Assembly (NCBI RefSeq): GCF_046119375.1
Contig: NW_027362764.1
Span: 64,666,001 to 64,730,000 of the forward strand
DNA from: Phyllobates terribilis
Taxonomy: Eukaryota
Length of the DNA stretch: 64,000 bases
Direction of reading: 5' to 3'
The notes beneath the pieces are model-generated. The model was given only the letters and a program-made list of their open reading frames with translations. It did not search any database and had not been told where the DNA came from. Shown here piece after piece: positions 12,601-23,302 of the stretch. Position 1 is the first letter of the stretch, and every line of letters starts with the position of its first letter. A program made the position numbers and the translations under genes.

Positions 12601-15600
12601 ATGAATCAATTTGTGAAGCCCCTGGGGGTTCCAACTGCTCACTATGCATCTAGATAGGTGCCTTGGGGGGTCTAGTTTCCAAAATGGGGTCACTTGTGGG
12701 GGAGCTCCAATGTTTGGGCACACAGGGGCTCTCCAAACGCAACATGGTGTCCGCTAACAATTTGAGCCGACAATTTGTTAGCGGACACCATGTTGCATTT
12801 GGAGAGTCCCTGTGTGCCCAAACATTGGAGTTCCCCCACAAGTGACCCCATTTTGGAAACTAGACCCCCCAAGGCACCTATCTAGATGCATAGTGAGCAG
12901 TTGGAACCCCCAGGTGCTTCACAAATTGATTCATAAAAATGAAAAAGTGAAAAAAAAAAACACTTTTTCATTTTTATGAATCAATTTGTGAAGCCCCTGG
13001 GGGTTCCAACTGCTCACTATGCATCTAGATAGGTGCCTTGGGGGGTCTAGTTTCCAAAATGGGGTCACTTGTGGGGGAGCTCCAATGTTTGGGCACACAG
13101 GGGCTCTCCAAACGCAACATGGCGTCCGCTAACAATTTGAGACGATTTTCCATTCAATTTGTTAGCGGACACCATGTCGCGTTTGGAGAGCCCCTGATGT
13201 GCCTAAACAGTAGAGCTCCCCCACAAGTGACCCCATTTTGGAAACTATACCCCTCAAGGATTTTATTAAGGTGTATAGTGAACATTTTGAACCCAGAGGT
13301 ACGACACAGAATTTGATAACATTAGGTCATCATATTGAATAAGTTGTCATTAGTCTTGAGCGCAAGTGCTCGCTACTTGAGTTTGCATCGGGTACTCAGG
13401 TATGCACCATGTACTGCGTGTGCTCGAGTGCCATGCTCGAGTCCCCGCCCGGATGTTTCACGGTTATTAGACACCCAAAAAAAAACATGCGGGGATCGCT
13501 CGTGCATGGCAGGCAATCCCCGCAAAGTTTTTTGGGCCATGAAGCATATGGGGCGGAGACTCGAGCATGTCACTCGAATACCCACGATACTCAATGCATA
13601 CCAGAACACCGGATGCAAACTCAAGTAGCGAGCACTTGCGCTCAACACTAGTCGCCATATCGTCATCTTTTTTTCTTACTTTTGAAAAAAATCCCAACCC
13701 CATCACAACCCCAACCCCAGCCCTAACCGTAGCACAACCCTAACCCTAGCACAACCCTAACCCTAGCACAACCCTAACCCTAGCACAACCCTAACCCTAG
13801 CACAACCCTAACCCTAGCACAACCCTAACCCTAGCACAACCCTAACCCTAGCACAACCCTAACCCTAGCACAACCCTAACCCTAGCACAACCCTAACCCT
13901 AGCACAACCCTAACCTGAGAGTTTATTTTTTACGCCGTTCCTCATGCGGTATAAGTGATTAGACGACCTTATTCTTCGGGTCGGTGAGACTACAGCGATA
14001 CCAGAATCATATGGGGTTTTTATAACTGACAGCTGTCACACACTAAAAGACGCATTTTTTGTAAAATCTAGTTATTGCATCGCCATATTTTGAGAGCTAT
14101 AATTTTTCCAGATTTTGGCAGACAGTCATTTGACGGCTTGATTTTTGCGGGATGAGTTGACGTGGTTATTGGTGCCATTTTCAGGCACGTGACATTTTTT
14201 GATCGCTCTCTATTCCGATTTTTGGGAGGCAGAATAAACAAAAACCAACAATTCAGGAATTTTTTTATTTTTTTTTTATTCTGTTCCGCGTGTGGTAAAA
14301 TTGATAAGGCAGCTTTATTCTTCGGGTCAGTACGTTTACAGCGGTACCACATTTATATCGTATTTCTATGTTTTGCACTTTTACATAATAAAAGCAATTT
14401 TATAAAAAAAAAATATTTTTTAGCATAGCTTTATTCTGAGAGCTATAACTTTTTTATTTTTCGGCTGATGGAGCGTATAGCGGCTTGTTTTTTGCGGGAC
14501 GAGATGACGTTTTCAGCGGTACCATTTTTATTTATATTTGTCTTTTTGATCGCGTGTTATTCCATTTTTTGTTTGGCGGTATGGTGATAAAGCATTGTTT
14601 TTTGCTTTGTTTTTGTTTTTTTTTACCGTGTTCACTGAAGGGGTTAACACTGGGACAGTTTTATAGGTCAGGTTGTTCCGGACGCGGCGATACCAAATAT
14701 GTGTACTTTTATTGTTTTTTTTTGTTTGTTTTTTTATAATAATATTTATTGATGGGTACATTATATTTTTATTTTTAGTGGATTATTTTTTTTATATTTT
14801 TACAATTTTTTTTTTATTTTTTTCACTTTCTGAGTTTTTAAACTTTATTACTTTGTCCCGCTATGGGACTTACACTTTTTTTTCTCTGATCGCCTGCATG
14901 GCACAGGAATGCAGCACCATCCCTGTGCTGTGCAGGCTGTCAGCGCTGGACAGGGAGAAGATTGTTTGGAGATGCACTGCGCATGTCCAAAAAAATCTTC
15001 CTGCTGTCTGGTGACCCGGATGTTGTCATGACGACATCGGGTCGTCATGGCAACATCCTGGAAGCCACAGCAGTCAGCGCTGGAAGCCGGAAGAGGAGGT
15101 GAGTATCTGCGATCACCTCCCCTTGCCTCCGCAATGCTGCGATCGACTTCGAGCGCAGCATCGCGGGGGTTAGTGTGCTGGGAGCGGTGCAGGACCACTC
15201 CCTGCACATAGTACCAGGTGTCAGCTGTGACAATCAGCTGACACCCGGCGGCAATCGCGCCCGCACAGCCTGTGTGCGCGCGCGATCGCCATGACGTACT
15301 AATACGGGTCTGGCTCTTAAGTCCCAAGGCATAGACGCGTATTAGTACGTCAAATGTTGTTAAGGGGTTAAAATGTTGTCACTTTTGGGTATTTTGTGTC
15401 ATACAGACCCCTCAAAGTCACTTAAAATATGATGTGGTCCCTAAAAAAAAAAATGGTTTTGTAAACTGTCGGAAAAATGAGAAATCGCTGGTCAACTTTT
15501 AACCCTTCTAACTTGCTACCAAAAAATATATATACAAGTTTCAAAAATTATGTAGATGTAAAGTAAACATGTGGGAAATGTTATTTATTAATTATTTTGT

Positions 15601-17305
15601 ACAGCATGACTTTAAGGGTATAAAAATTGAAAGTTTGAAAAGTGCTAAATTTTCAAAAATTTTGCCAAAATTCTGATATTTTCACAAATAAACGCAAAAA
15701 ATATTGTCCTAAATTTAGCACTAACAAATTACAATGTGTCACGAAAAAAACAATCTCAGAATCACCGGGATTTGTTGAAGCATTCCAGAGTTATTACCTC
15801 GTAAAGTGACACTGGTCAGAATTGTAAAATTTGGCCTGGACAAGAAGGTGAAAATAGGCTCAGAGTGAAGGGGTTAATAAGTATTACTTTGGTCATGGAT
15901 TATTTTTTTTGAGGAGTGGTACTTACAATGTGGGTGGGAGCCCACTCCAAAGAGACCGGATGCCTTCATTTCTGATAATTTGTACAAAAGCATCCTAAAA
16001 AAAAAAAGACAAAAAATGAAGAAAACACACATCACATAAGAAATGGTAATATAGGATATTCATCCTATAGCTAAAAAAGGAAAAAAATAAAACCATGTGG
16101 AAAATGAGAACATACAGTCACTTGTACACGCTTATTAACCATCACAAAAATCGCTGAATCAAAGAAACTAAAATTTTTTTCCCCACCATGCCCCCTGAAG
16201 AAGCAGGGCGAAACGCGTGACAGGGTGGAGGTACATGATGCTTCACGAGTCTGTTGGCCTTTAGCTAACCTTTATTAACAAGTAATACCTCATATCCGCT
16301 ATTTACCTCACTGCTGACCACAACTCAAATATTGGGATTGCATCTAATATGATTGTCAGCAGTACGATTAGGTTGCTACTGATTGATTCATTTATGCTCT
16401 GTTACAAATGGGATTACATTAATAGTGTATGTACACTATTTCTGGACACTGTCACGTCACTTGTCTTCTAAGCACCTTTTCTGAATTTAAATGTATTTAT
16501 CTTTTACTATTAAAGAATAAAATATTGATTTTAATGTTTATAAGTGTTCACTTTTTTGTCCTGAGCAGTATCTTATCTCAGGCTATGGTTATTTACTGAT
16601 ATTTATGAAGTGTCTCCCTATTGTTTTTTTTTTTTTTTTTTCTTACCATTAGAACTTCCTTTGATTAATTAATAATTAGTACAAAAGTCTTCAGTCAGTC
16701 TATGACTGCAGAATTGTGGAATTGTGACAGTTTGCAGTGAGTACACAGTCACGAGACCATGTCACATGCAAACTAGCTGCACCCAGCTTCTGTCAATGCT
16801 CTTGTATTGAAAGAAGCAGAATGAGACTAGTTGGCATGTGACCGCTCTTTTGCAAGGGAATCGTGATTGTAACAGAACAGTGAAAACCATCATCTCACCG
16901 CAGTTCCTGAGAATCGCCCCGGTACTTTGTACCACGCTTTGCTGTTCCCGTTCAGACATACGCACAGGTGATCCATCAGTCCATTGCAATAGACGAAGCA
17001 TTTACCTATGGAGGACAAGAGGAAAGAAAAAGGAAGGAAGGAAGGAAGGAAGGAAGGAAGGAAGGAAGGAAGGAAGGAGTGTTATTGGTGGCTATAGCTC
17101 AATGGCTCCATCTGAGATAGATAGAGATCATACATACACACACTCTTGGGGAAATAAAACAAAATAATAGTAAATAATTATAATAATAATATATATACAC
17201 ACACACACACAAAAGAGAAGGTCAGAATCTTACAATTGTGGCCTTGCACATATGTTGTTTCCTGAAACAATAGACACTCTACAAAAGCCCCAGGGTGCAG
17301 TGTGA

Positions 17306-17371
<66 letters not shown>

Positions 17372-18754
17372 TTTTAAACAGATTGTAATAAGTTTAAAAA
17401 TAAAAAAATATCGTTGACCAATCATAAGCAGATGACATCATGCAGGGGGCGAAAAAACAGCCCCAGGAACAGGTTTTTCTCCTGTGAGACATGTAATGAC
17501 AGACAGTTTTCTTGCATCAATAAAAAAAAAAAAACGTCAACTTGAGCTGGGTTCTTTTTATTTTATAATTTTTAGAGTGGCGAGCTGACGTTTTTATTGA
17601 TAAAATTTTTGATCGCTAAGCCAGCTAGTTGTTTATTTAAAAGAGCAAGAGGATATCAAGTTAGCTAATTGATTAAATGCTCAAACAATGAGACCTGAGC
17701 CCTGTATCTTTCCCCCCGACTTATGAATGAGGACCCGAGCCACAGAAAAATATAAAAATTGATTTCTATTGTGCTGCAAAGAGAATCATAAGATCAGAGA
17801 GACTCTTAAGGACAGTAGTTTGGTAGCACGGCCCTGGAATTCTCAAAGTCGCAGTTCTATCCCCAGCGGAAGGGTGAGACTATGTAATTTTTCACCATCT
17901 TGGGTATTTGCTGGGACTGTTCTATGTGTTTATTGGCCGTTTGGTGGTTGAATGAAGTATTGACACACTGTTTTACCCTCACCCTGAGTATTCTGAGTGG
18001 TATTATGTGCACAGAAGACTCTGGGTCTTCACAGGTGGTAATACAAAGAAAAAAAAACAACTAAAGGTTTGTATCTTTACAAAACATACTTTTTAACATC
18101 ACTTGGGGACTTGAGTCCTCTTTGATCGCTTGTACTATATATTGTAACACTGAGCTATTTCAGTATATAGTAACATTCGGGATTTCCTATGCTGGGATTC
18201 ATGAGAGTACATAGATGGCAGTGACAGGGGCTTTCAGTTGGCCTCTTGCTGCCATGGTGGCGACCCATCAGCAAACAATGGCGTTGCGGTAGGAACAATT
18301 GGCACCACTTACATAGGTCTCGTTCATTAACATTCAATGCAAAATGAGAAGAAGTGTATTGGAGGGTTTTCGGAGGTGACAATCTCTGCAGGGTCCTCGC
18401 GTGCAAGGATGTAATAATTACCTTTCGTGAATGGTTTGCTTTGAGCTTGAAGACGAATCTTTACAACATCTAAAGGCGTCACTAGGAAAGGAAATGATAA
18501 AATAAGGATATGTACATATTACGTGATGAGCGCTGTCAACCCTTGGTGATATCATTAGACGACTGATTTGCACCATATTTCTTCGACAACGGAGATATAT
18601 GGAAATGACACAGGACACAGATAAAGAAAAAAAATGCTTGGTCTGAACGCTTACCAAAGAGTGATGTAAGCAAAGCGCCTGCAGAGGAAGCCATTATCTG
18701 CTGGAAAGGCGTGATGTTGGTAGACGCCAGCGATGCTTCATCTTCAGCCTTCAT
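3548..18754 (-). CDS. SLC25A40: SLC25A40 mitochondrial glutathione carrier, spliced CDS (3' incomplete): join of 18655-18754, 18422-18481, 16899-17005, 15927-15994, 6322-6443, 6066-6239, 4492-4601, 3716-3797, <3548-3622
   Basis: Nine exons with AG/GT boundaries and consistent phases translate to [70 protein letters not shown]...[10 protein letters not shown]...[10 protein letters not shown]... All three carrier Px[DE]xx[KR] signatures are present. Exon sizes 60/107/68/174/110/82 match the human gene as recalled. The short loop 1 and head-to-head synteny with DBF4 favour SLC25A40 over SLC25A39. Confidence 0.95.
3716..3797 (-). CDS. SLC25A40: SLC25A40 coding exon 8 ([27 protein letters not shown])
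   Basis: 82 nt, atcttag acceptor, gtaagt donor, contains carrier signature 3. Confidence 0.95.
4492..4601 (-). CDS. SLC25A40: SLC25A40 coding exon 7 ([37 protein letters not shown])
   Basis: 110 nt, cttgcag acceptor, gtaagt donor. Confidence 0.95.
4642..5928. repeat. Minisatellite of about 15 units, 86-bp consensus (81, 92 and 97-bp variants)
   Basis: Unit gcagaatagtgagtgcagctctggagtataatacaggatgtaactcaggatcagtaatgtaatgtatgtacacagtgactccacca; unit starts at 4657, 4749, 4830, 4911, 5008, 5094 ... 5874. Confidence 0.97.
6066..6239 (-). CDS. SLC25A40: SLC25A40 coding exon 6 ([58 protein letters not shown])
   Basis: 174 nt, tttttcag acceptor, gtagc donor; overlaps track ORF 5989-6240. Confidence 0.95.
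6322..6443 (-). CDS. SLC25A40: SLC25A40 coding exon 5 ([40 protein letters not shown])
   Basis: 122 nt, ccacag acceptor, gtaagt donor. Confidence 0.95.
7295..7495. other. Assembly gap (201 N)
   Basis: Run of N. Confidence 1.
7496..9108 (-). mobile_element. Tc1 family C copy 2, near full length, inactive
   Basis: Same TIRs as copy 1, ending ...ggtctgtactg-TA. ORFs 7821-8783 and 7640-7897 show a frameshift. Confidence 0.95.
9120..11575. mobile_element. Degenerate non-autonomous DNA-transposon remnant related to the neighbouring piggyBac-like element
   Basis: Repeated modules (ggggtcactt, gagctttgcactgtgcc, gtactcagaagaaattgc) that are shared with 12060-13300. Confidence 0.5.
9284..9576. mobile_element. 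MITE with terminal inverted repeats of about 30 bp
   Basis: ttatcctgcgctctacactgaacgcttaca ... tgtaagtgctcagtgtaaagcgcaggataa. Confidence 0.6.
12404..13250. repeat. Alternating inverted (foldback) array of arms of about 185 bp
   Basis: Symmetry centres near 12580, 12768, 12955 and 13145. gtgaccccattttggaaac recurs at 12467, 12842 and 13227. The same peptide appears on both strands in the ORF track. Confidence 0.93.
13351..13650. mobile_element. hAT-type MITE
   Basis: TIRs tagtcttgagcgcaagtgctcgctacttgagtttgcatc / gatgcaaactcaagtagcgagcacttgcgctcaacacta. Degenerate 8-bp TSD gttgtcat / gtcgccat. Confidence 0.75.
13721..13915. repeat. 17-bp telomere-like tandem repeat (CCCTAGCACAACCCTAA), about 11 units
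   Basis: Direct reading; each unit contains CCCTAA and CCCTAG. Confidence 0.95.
15927..15994 (-). CDS. SLC25A40: SLC25A40 coding exon 4 ([23 protein letters not shown])
   Basis: 68 nt, poly-T-ag acceptor, gtaagt donor. Confidence 0.95.
16180..16620 (+). mobile_element. Penelope-like pseudo-LTR remnant with a degenerate hammerhead-ribozyme-like core
   Basis: cccc-CTGAAGA-agcagggc-GAAAC-GCGT at 16191-16218, followed by an AT-rich tail with aataaa. Confidence 0.45.
16899..17005 (-). CDS. SLC25A40: SLC25A40 coding exon 3 ([36 protein letters not shown])
   Basis: 107 nt, ccatag acceptor, gtgag donor. Confidence 0.95.
17031..17078. repeat. (AGGA)n microsatellite
   Basis: About 12 perfect units. 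Confidence 0.95.
17310..17366. repeat. (TA)n microsatellite
   Basis: Direct reading. Confidence 0.97.
18422..18481 (-). CDS. SLC25A40: SLC25A40 coding exon 2 ([20 protein letters not shown])
   Basis: 60 nt, ctttcctag acceptor, gtaatt donor, contains carrier signature 1. Confidence 0.95.
18655..18754 (-). CDS. SLC25A40: SLC25A40 first coding exon ([33 protein letters not shown])
   Basis: Acceptor tttcatag ends at 18761, then AAAAAA-ATG (ATG at 18754). Donor gtaag at 18654. Confidence 0.92.
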
Positions 18755-20597
18755 TTTTTTCTATGAAAGGATTAAAATATTTAAAAGACCAATCTATATA
18801 TGTGTTAGGCAGGAGGGACACCAACAAGTAAAAGCTCCCGCTCTGGGGGTCTCAAGCAATCCATTTTCATTTAAAGGGAAGCAATATTCAGAAAATGGTT
18901 TACATCAGGTTTTGTGTTTAAAAAAAAAATGACATTCATTCATACCATAATCTTTAATTAAAAAACAGTAACCTTGCAATTTTCACACTTTTTTTTTTTT
19001 GACTCATACTTTGTCCTTTCAGGAAGAGTTTTCAGCAGGCCCATTATCATCAGAGGCAGCAATGCAATGACAGGTAACACCGTTATACACAGCTGATAAA
19101 GACACAATAGGTGATGTCACAGCTCACCTCCTCCTTCCTTCACAACGACCATTATCCACACTTCAATGTAAAAGATAAAGCCAGAATCTGACATTTGTGG
19201 CTATGTACATATGTTGTTTCCTGAAACAATAGGGAGTCTAAAAAAGCCCCAGGGAGCAGTGTGAAGATGTAGATTTTTTTTTATTATTTTTATTTTTAAA
19301 TACAGAGTGTAATGTTTAAAAATACAAAAAAAAAAAAAAAAAAGTTGACCAATCATAAGCAGAAGGCATCATGCAGGGGAACGAAAGAACAATCCCAGGA
19401 AGATCAGAACAGGTTTTCTCCTGTGAGACATGTAATGAGAGACAGTTCTCTTAGATCTCACTGCTGGCATCTCTACTGTGTAGAGTATAGCTGATCTATG
19501 TGTCATTACAAACACCACCTGCAGCTCTTCTCCCTCCCCCCACACTGACATTGCTGAGAGCTGCAAGAGGTGTTTGTAATGACACATAGATCTGCTCTAC
19601 AAAAATAGCTGCTAGCAGTCAGATCATGGAGGAAAGCAGGGCACACAAACCATTCTCATTAATTCTGCCATACGACAATGCCAAGCTTTTGACGTTAGCC
19701 AGGTCAGCAGCATCTCAGTACCCGATCGATTCAGAAGTGAGAAAGCCCCTTTAACTCATTTCTCATTTTTCCTTGTCAGAGCTGGGTGACAACCCATAGG
19801 GGGCACCATCACACATGCCAAAGTATCTCTGTTAATAGACGACTTGTATAACAGGGACGATTAATAACTGGTTACTGTGTAGAGTTACTCAATAACTTTT
19901 TTGGCAAGAAGCAGCCGGGAGGAAAGTTCACGTAAGGAATTTAATCTTTATAGCACGGGTCTGTCAAATACACCAAACCTCTTCATATCAAAGGCACGCA
20001 CAGCAAGTTGCTTCCTCCGGCACTATTGTTCCTGGTGTTATCCGCCTGTCCAGCCATTTTTTAGATCCTACAATTATCCTGATCAATCTCCCCAAACTTA
20101 AGAAACTACCACTCTCAACAGAGCTGGTGCCAGCACCTGACTATCCCAGGCAAGTGCCGGTGACCTGCCTGTATGGAGCAGACTCAAAAGCTGCGTGGTT
20201 GTCATCTGTGTTACACAACCGGCATCTGAGTAACTGTTGAGATCGGAGCAAGCCCGATCATGCGATTTAAACCTCTTAAATGCCACTGTCAATCACAACA
20301 GCCGCAAAGAGGGGTTGGAAATGGGCGACGTATGGAAAGGTGCATATTACCTTATTATTGCAGCCGGAGTAATTGAAGGTCCCCTGTGTCGGCCATGTTT
20401 GTACACCTATGAAGCACAGCCAGTGGCTGGGTTTCTCAGGAGAGTTGAAAATAAACCAATGGACAGCAATATAACAATATTACTGTGCAAGTGATTGCAG
20501 GTTCAAGTACCTTGGGGTACCATAATAAAATATATTTCACATAAAAAAAAGTGTACATCAAAACTGAACAAAAAATAAAAATCATATTTAATGTCTG

Positions 20598-21150
20598 ACC
20601 TAATAGATATCAAGAGCGGCGAAAGAGCGAAAAAGTGAGCGAACGAGAAAAATAGAGGGTGCATGTGAACGAGAGCAAAAAAGCGAGAGCGCGAAAAAGC
20701 GAGAGAGAGCGCGAAAAAGCGAGCGAACGAGAACGAAAGAGCGAATGAGCGCAAAAGAGCTAACGAGAGGGCACAGTGACCTTTCTCAAGCAACATTGCT
20801 CAGTACAACTGAATCGTCGCTGTGCCCGAGAGAGAGAACGAGAGGCGCATGAGAGAGCGAACGAGAGGCGCGCATGAGAGCGAAAAGCGAGCGAACGAGA
20901 GGGCACACGTGAACGAGAGCAAAAAAGCAAGAGAGCGAAAATGCAAGTGAACAAGAGCAGAGAGAGCGAAAAAGTGAGAGAGAGCGAAAAAGCAAATGAG
21001 AGCAGAGAGCGAAAAAGCGAGCGAAAGAGAGGGCGAACCAGAGCAAAAAAGCGAGAGCGAAAGAGTGAATGAGCGCAAAAGAGCTAACGAGAGGGCACAG
21101 TGACCTTTCTCAAGCAACGTTTCTCAGTACAACTGAATCGTCGCTGTGCC
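20598..21150. repeat. Purine-rich degenerate GAGAGCGAAAAAGCGA repeat with a 2-copy higher-order unit
   Basis: Motifs gagagcgaaaaagcgagcgaacgag. The block gagggcacagtgacctttctcaagcaac...gtacaactgaatcgtcgctgtgccc occurs near 20767 and near 21091. Confidence 0.85.
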
Positions 21151-23302
21151 CTAATGGGTAATAAATCACCAATTTCTATTTTTCTAAATTGTGCGCTGCC
21201 TCCATTTTTTTGGGAATATACATATAGTGCTTTTGGAAGACGAGGAAGAAAATTTGAAAGCGAAGATGTCCCCACTAGGACTCTATCACATAGACCCTCC
21301 CTCCATAAATTGGGTTTGCCCGGCCCATATTACATAATGATACATATCACCAGATGCAATGGCAGTGTAGCACTACAACTCCCAGCATGCTGCGCCTCTC
21401 CTACCACATGTTGCATGCACTGTACCTGTCACCTCTTGCAGTCAGCTGCGGCACCTGTGCTCATTGGCTGCTGGGAATGTGGCTGTCAGCGCTCAGACAC
21501 CGCTCCTTCTCCCTGTGAATGACCCCTTGCAGCATGTGGGGCAGACAGGACACGCCGCCTGCTGTAATGCACTGCAAGCCGCACGCCCACTTAGGAGCAG
21601 ACACATGAGCCGCCGCCATGTTTGAAATGGGCTTATCTCCAGCTGTCAGTCACTACAAAGTCCGTAGAACCGCAGAGAACGCACACGTTATCACACTATA
21701 TCTGCCCCCGATTGATCGAAAAGAAAGAAGTGACTGTTGGCAAGAAAAAGTCTCTGCTCTACTCCAAAGAAAGATCGCTCTGCCCGACACAAACATGGCC
21801 GCTGCTGTCATCAAGACCTGTCACATGACGCGAGGATGGTTCCTCATTGGCTGGGTCACTTGACATTTGCTCCGCTGCATGTCAGTCAGCATTCTATAAA
21901 GCAGATTCGCTGCGGAAGCTTCTGATAGACTTTCTTCATACCAAAGTGTTATACAAAGTTTTAGACGTTTCTGTTTCATGTTGTTGTTTTTTTTGCTTTC
22001 CATGAATTTCATGTATTTTTATTCCTTTCCTTTTATTTTATGCAACTTTTTTTCACGCATTTTTTTTTTATATCAAATTACGAAGCAGCTAAATAAAACC
22101 AAGTTGCTGCATTTTGAAAAGGCACAAAAAAAGCCACAATAATAACAACAAACGCAATATTAGTGTGATTTATATTTTGCTCTAAACAAGACATTTTCTA
22201 CAGGAAACAAACAAAAAAAAACATTAAAAATTACTTTAAAAAAAATTGTGTTAAACCAACTTGAGGCTTCATTTATACAATGAGGTTTTATTGGAGTTTT
22301 TTTGGGGGCTGGTATTTTTATTTTTTTATTCTTGCAATTTTTAACGTGTTTTTTTTCTCCAAACATTTCTGAAGCCCTGTAGAAAAACATATGTAAAAAG
22401 AATGGCCATACCTAGAGCACGCTGCTTATTTTTTCCTTGCCAATTTGCAACAAATTTAAGGCTGTGTGCACACTATGAGCTTCTGGTGAGTTTTTAATGC
22501 TGCTTATTTTCACTGTGGCAAAAACGCAGCTTCTTACAGTTCCAGCAAAGTGGATGTGATATATAGAAATCTCCTGCCCACTTTGTTTTTTTTTCTACGC
22601 TGCATAAACTGACCTGCGGTGCGTTTCAAATCCGCAACATTTCAATTTCTCTTTGCGGGTACGCTAAAGTTTTATCTGGAGTTTTCCCCATTAGATGCGG
22701 AAATTCCGCACGTAAAAAACGCACTCAAAAACACAATGAAAAATAAAAAATGAAAAATAAACGCAAGTAATTTAATCTCCTTAAAACGTGCAGAAATTCT
22801 GCAACATCAAAAACTCACCATGGGAACGTAGGATGAAAAAAAAACCTACTAATATAAAAAAGCATAAGATTTCTATAATTCCCGTTCAATTCTCTGGAAC
22901 AGTAAAACAGAGAAGCAAAAATACGAAAACTCATCGTGGGTGCATAGCCTTACCTGCAAATATTCCGCATCTAATGCAAGTCTATGGGGAAAATCCACAC
23001 AAAAAACTCAGCGTATCCGCAAGAGAAATCAACATATTGCGGATTTGAAACACGCACCGCAGGTCAGTTGACACTGCGTAAAGAAAGCACAGAGGCCATG
23101 AGATTTCTATAAATCCCATCCGCTTTGCTGGAACAAAAAGACGCTTCATTTTTGATGCAGCGAAAATTCACAGAGACAAAAATTTAGCAAAAATTCATTG
23201 TGGGCAGACAGCCTCAAGGAAACCTGACAGCTGATATATGCTGCCCGATCCACGGGCAGCATGTATTGGGCACTGGCTATATGATTTCAACCAGGAATGT
23301 TT

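Larger units (their letters stand above)
11580..15873. mobile_element. piggyBac-like non-autonomous element or composite (TTAA-CCCCTT ... AAGGGG-TTAA)
   Basis: TTAA at 11576-11579 and 15874-15877, plus an internal aaggggttaa end at 15362-15371. About 11600-12090 and 15372-15850 are inverted copies of each other. No transposase ORF. Confidence 0.7.

Noticed and set aside
12200-13316. Repeated ORFs [25 protein letters not shown] on both strands, resembling a small-peptide gene family
   Set aside because: These come from the foldback array. Several start at non-ATG codons and there is no splice or expression evidence.
3548-18754. Assignment as SLC25A39
   Set aside because: Some residues are SLC25A39-like, but the gene lacks the long loop-1 extension and sits head-to-head with DBF4, as SLC25A40 does.
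20503-21275. Arg/Ser/Leu/Phe-rich minus-strand ORFs resembling SR or membrane proteins
   Set aside because: Low-complexity translation of the GA-rich repeat.
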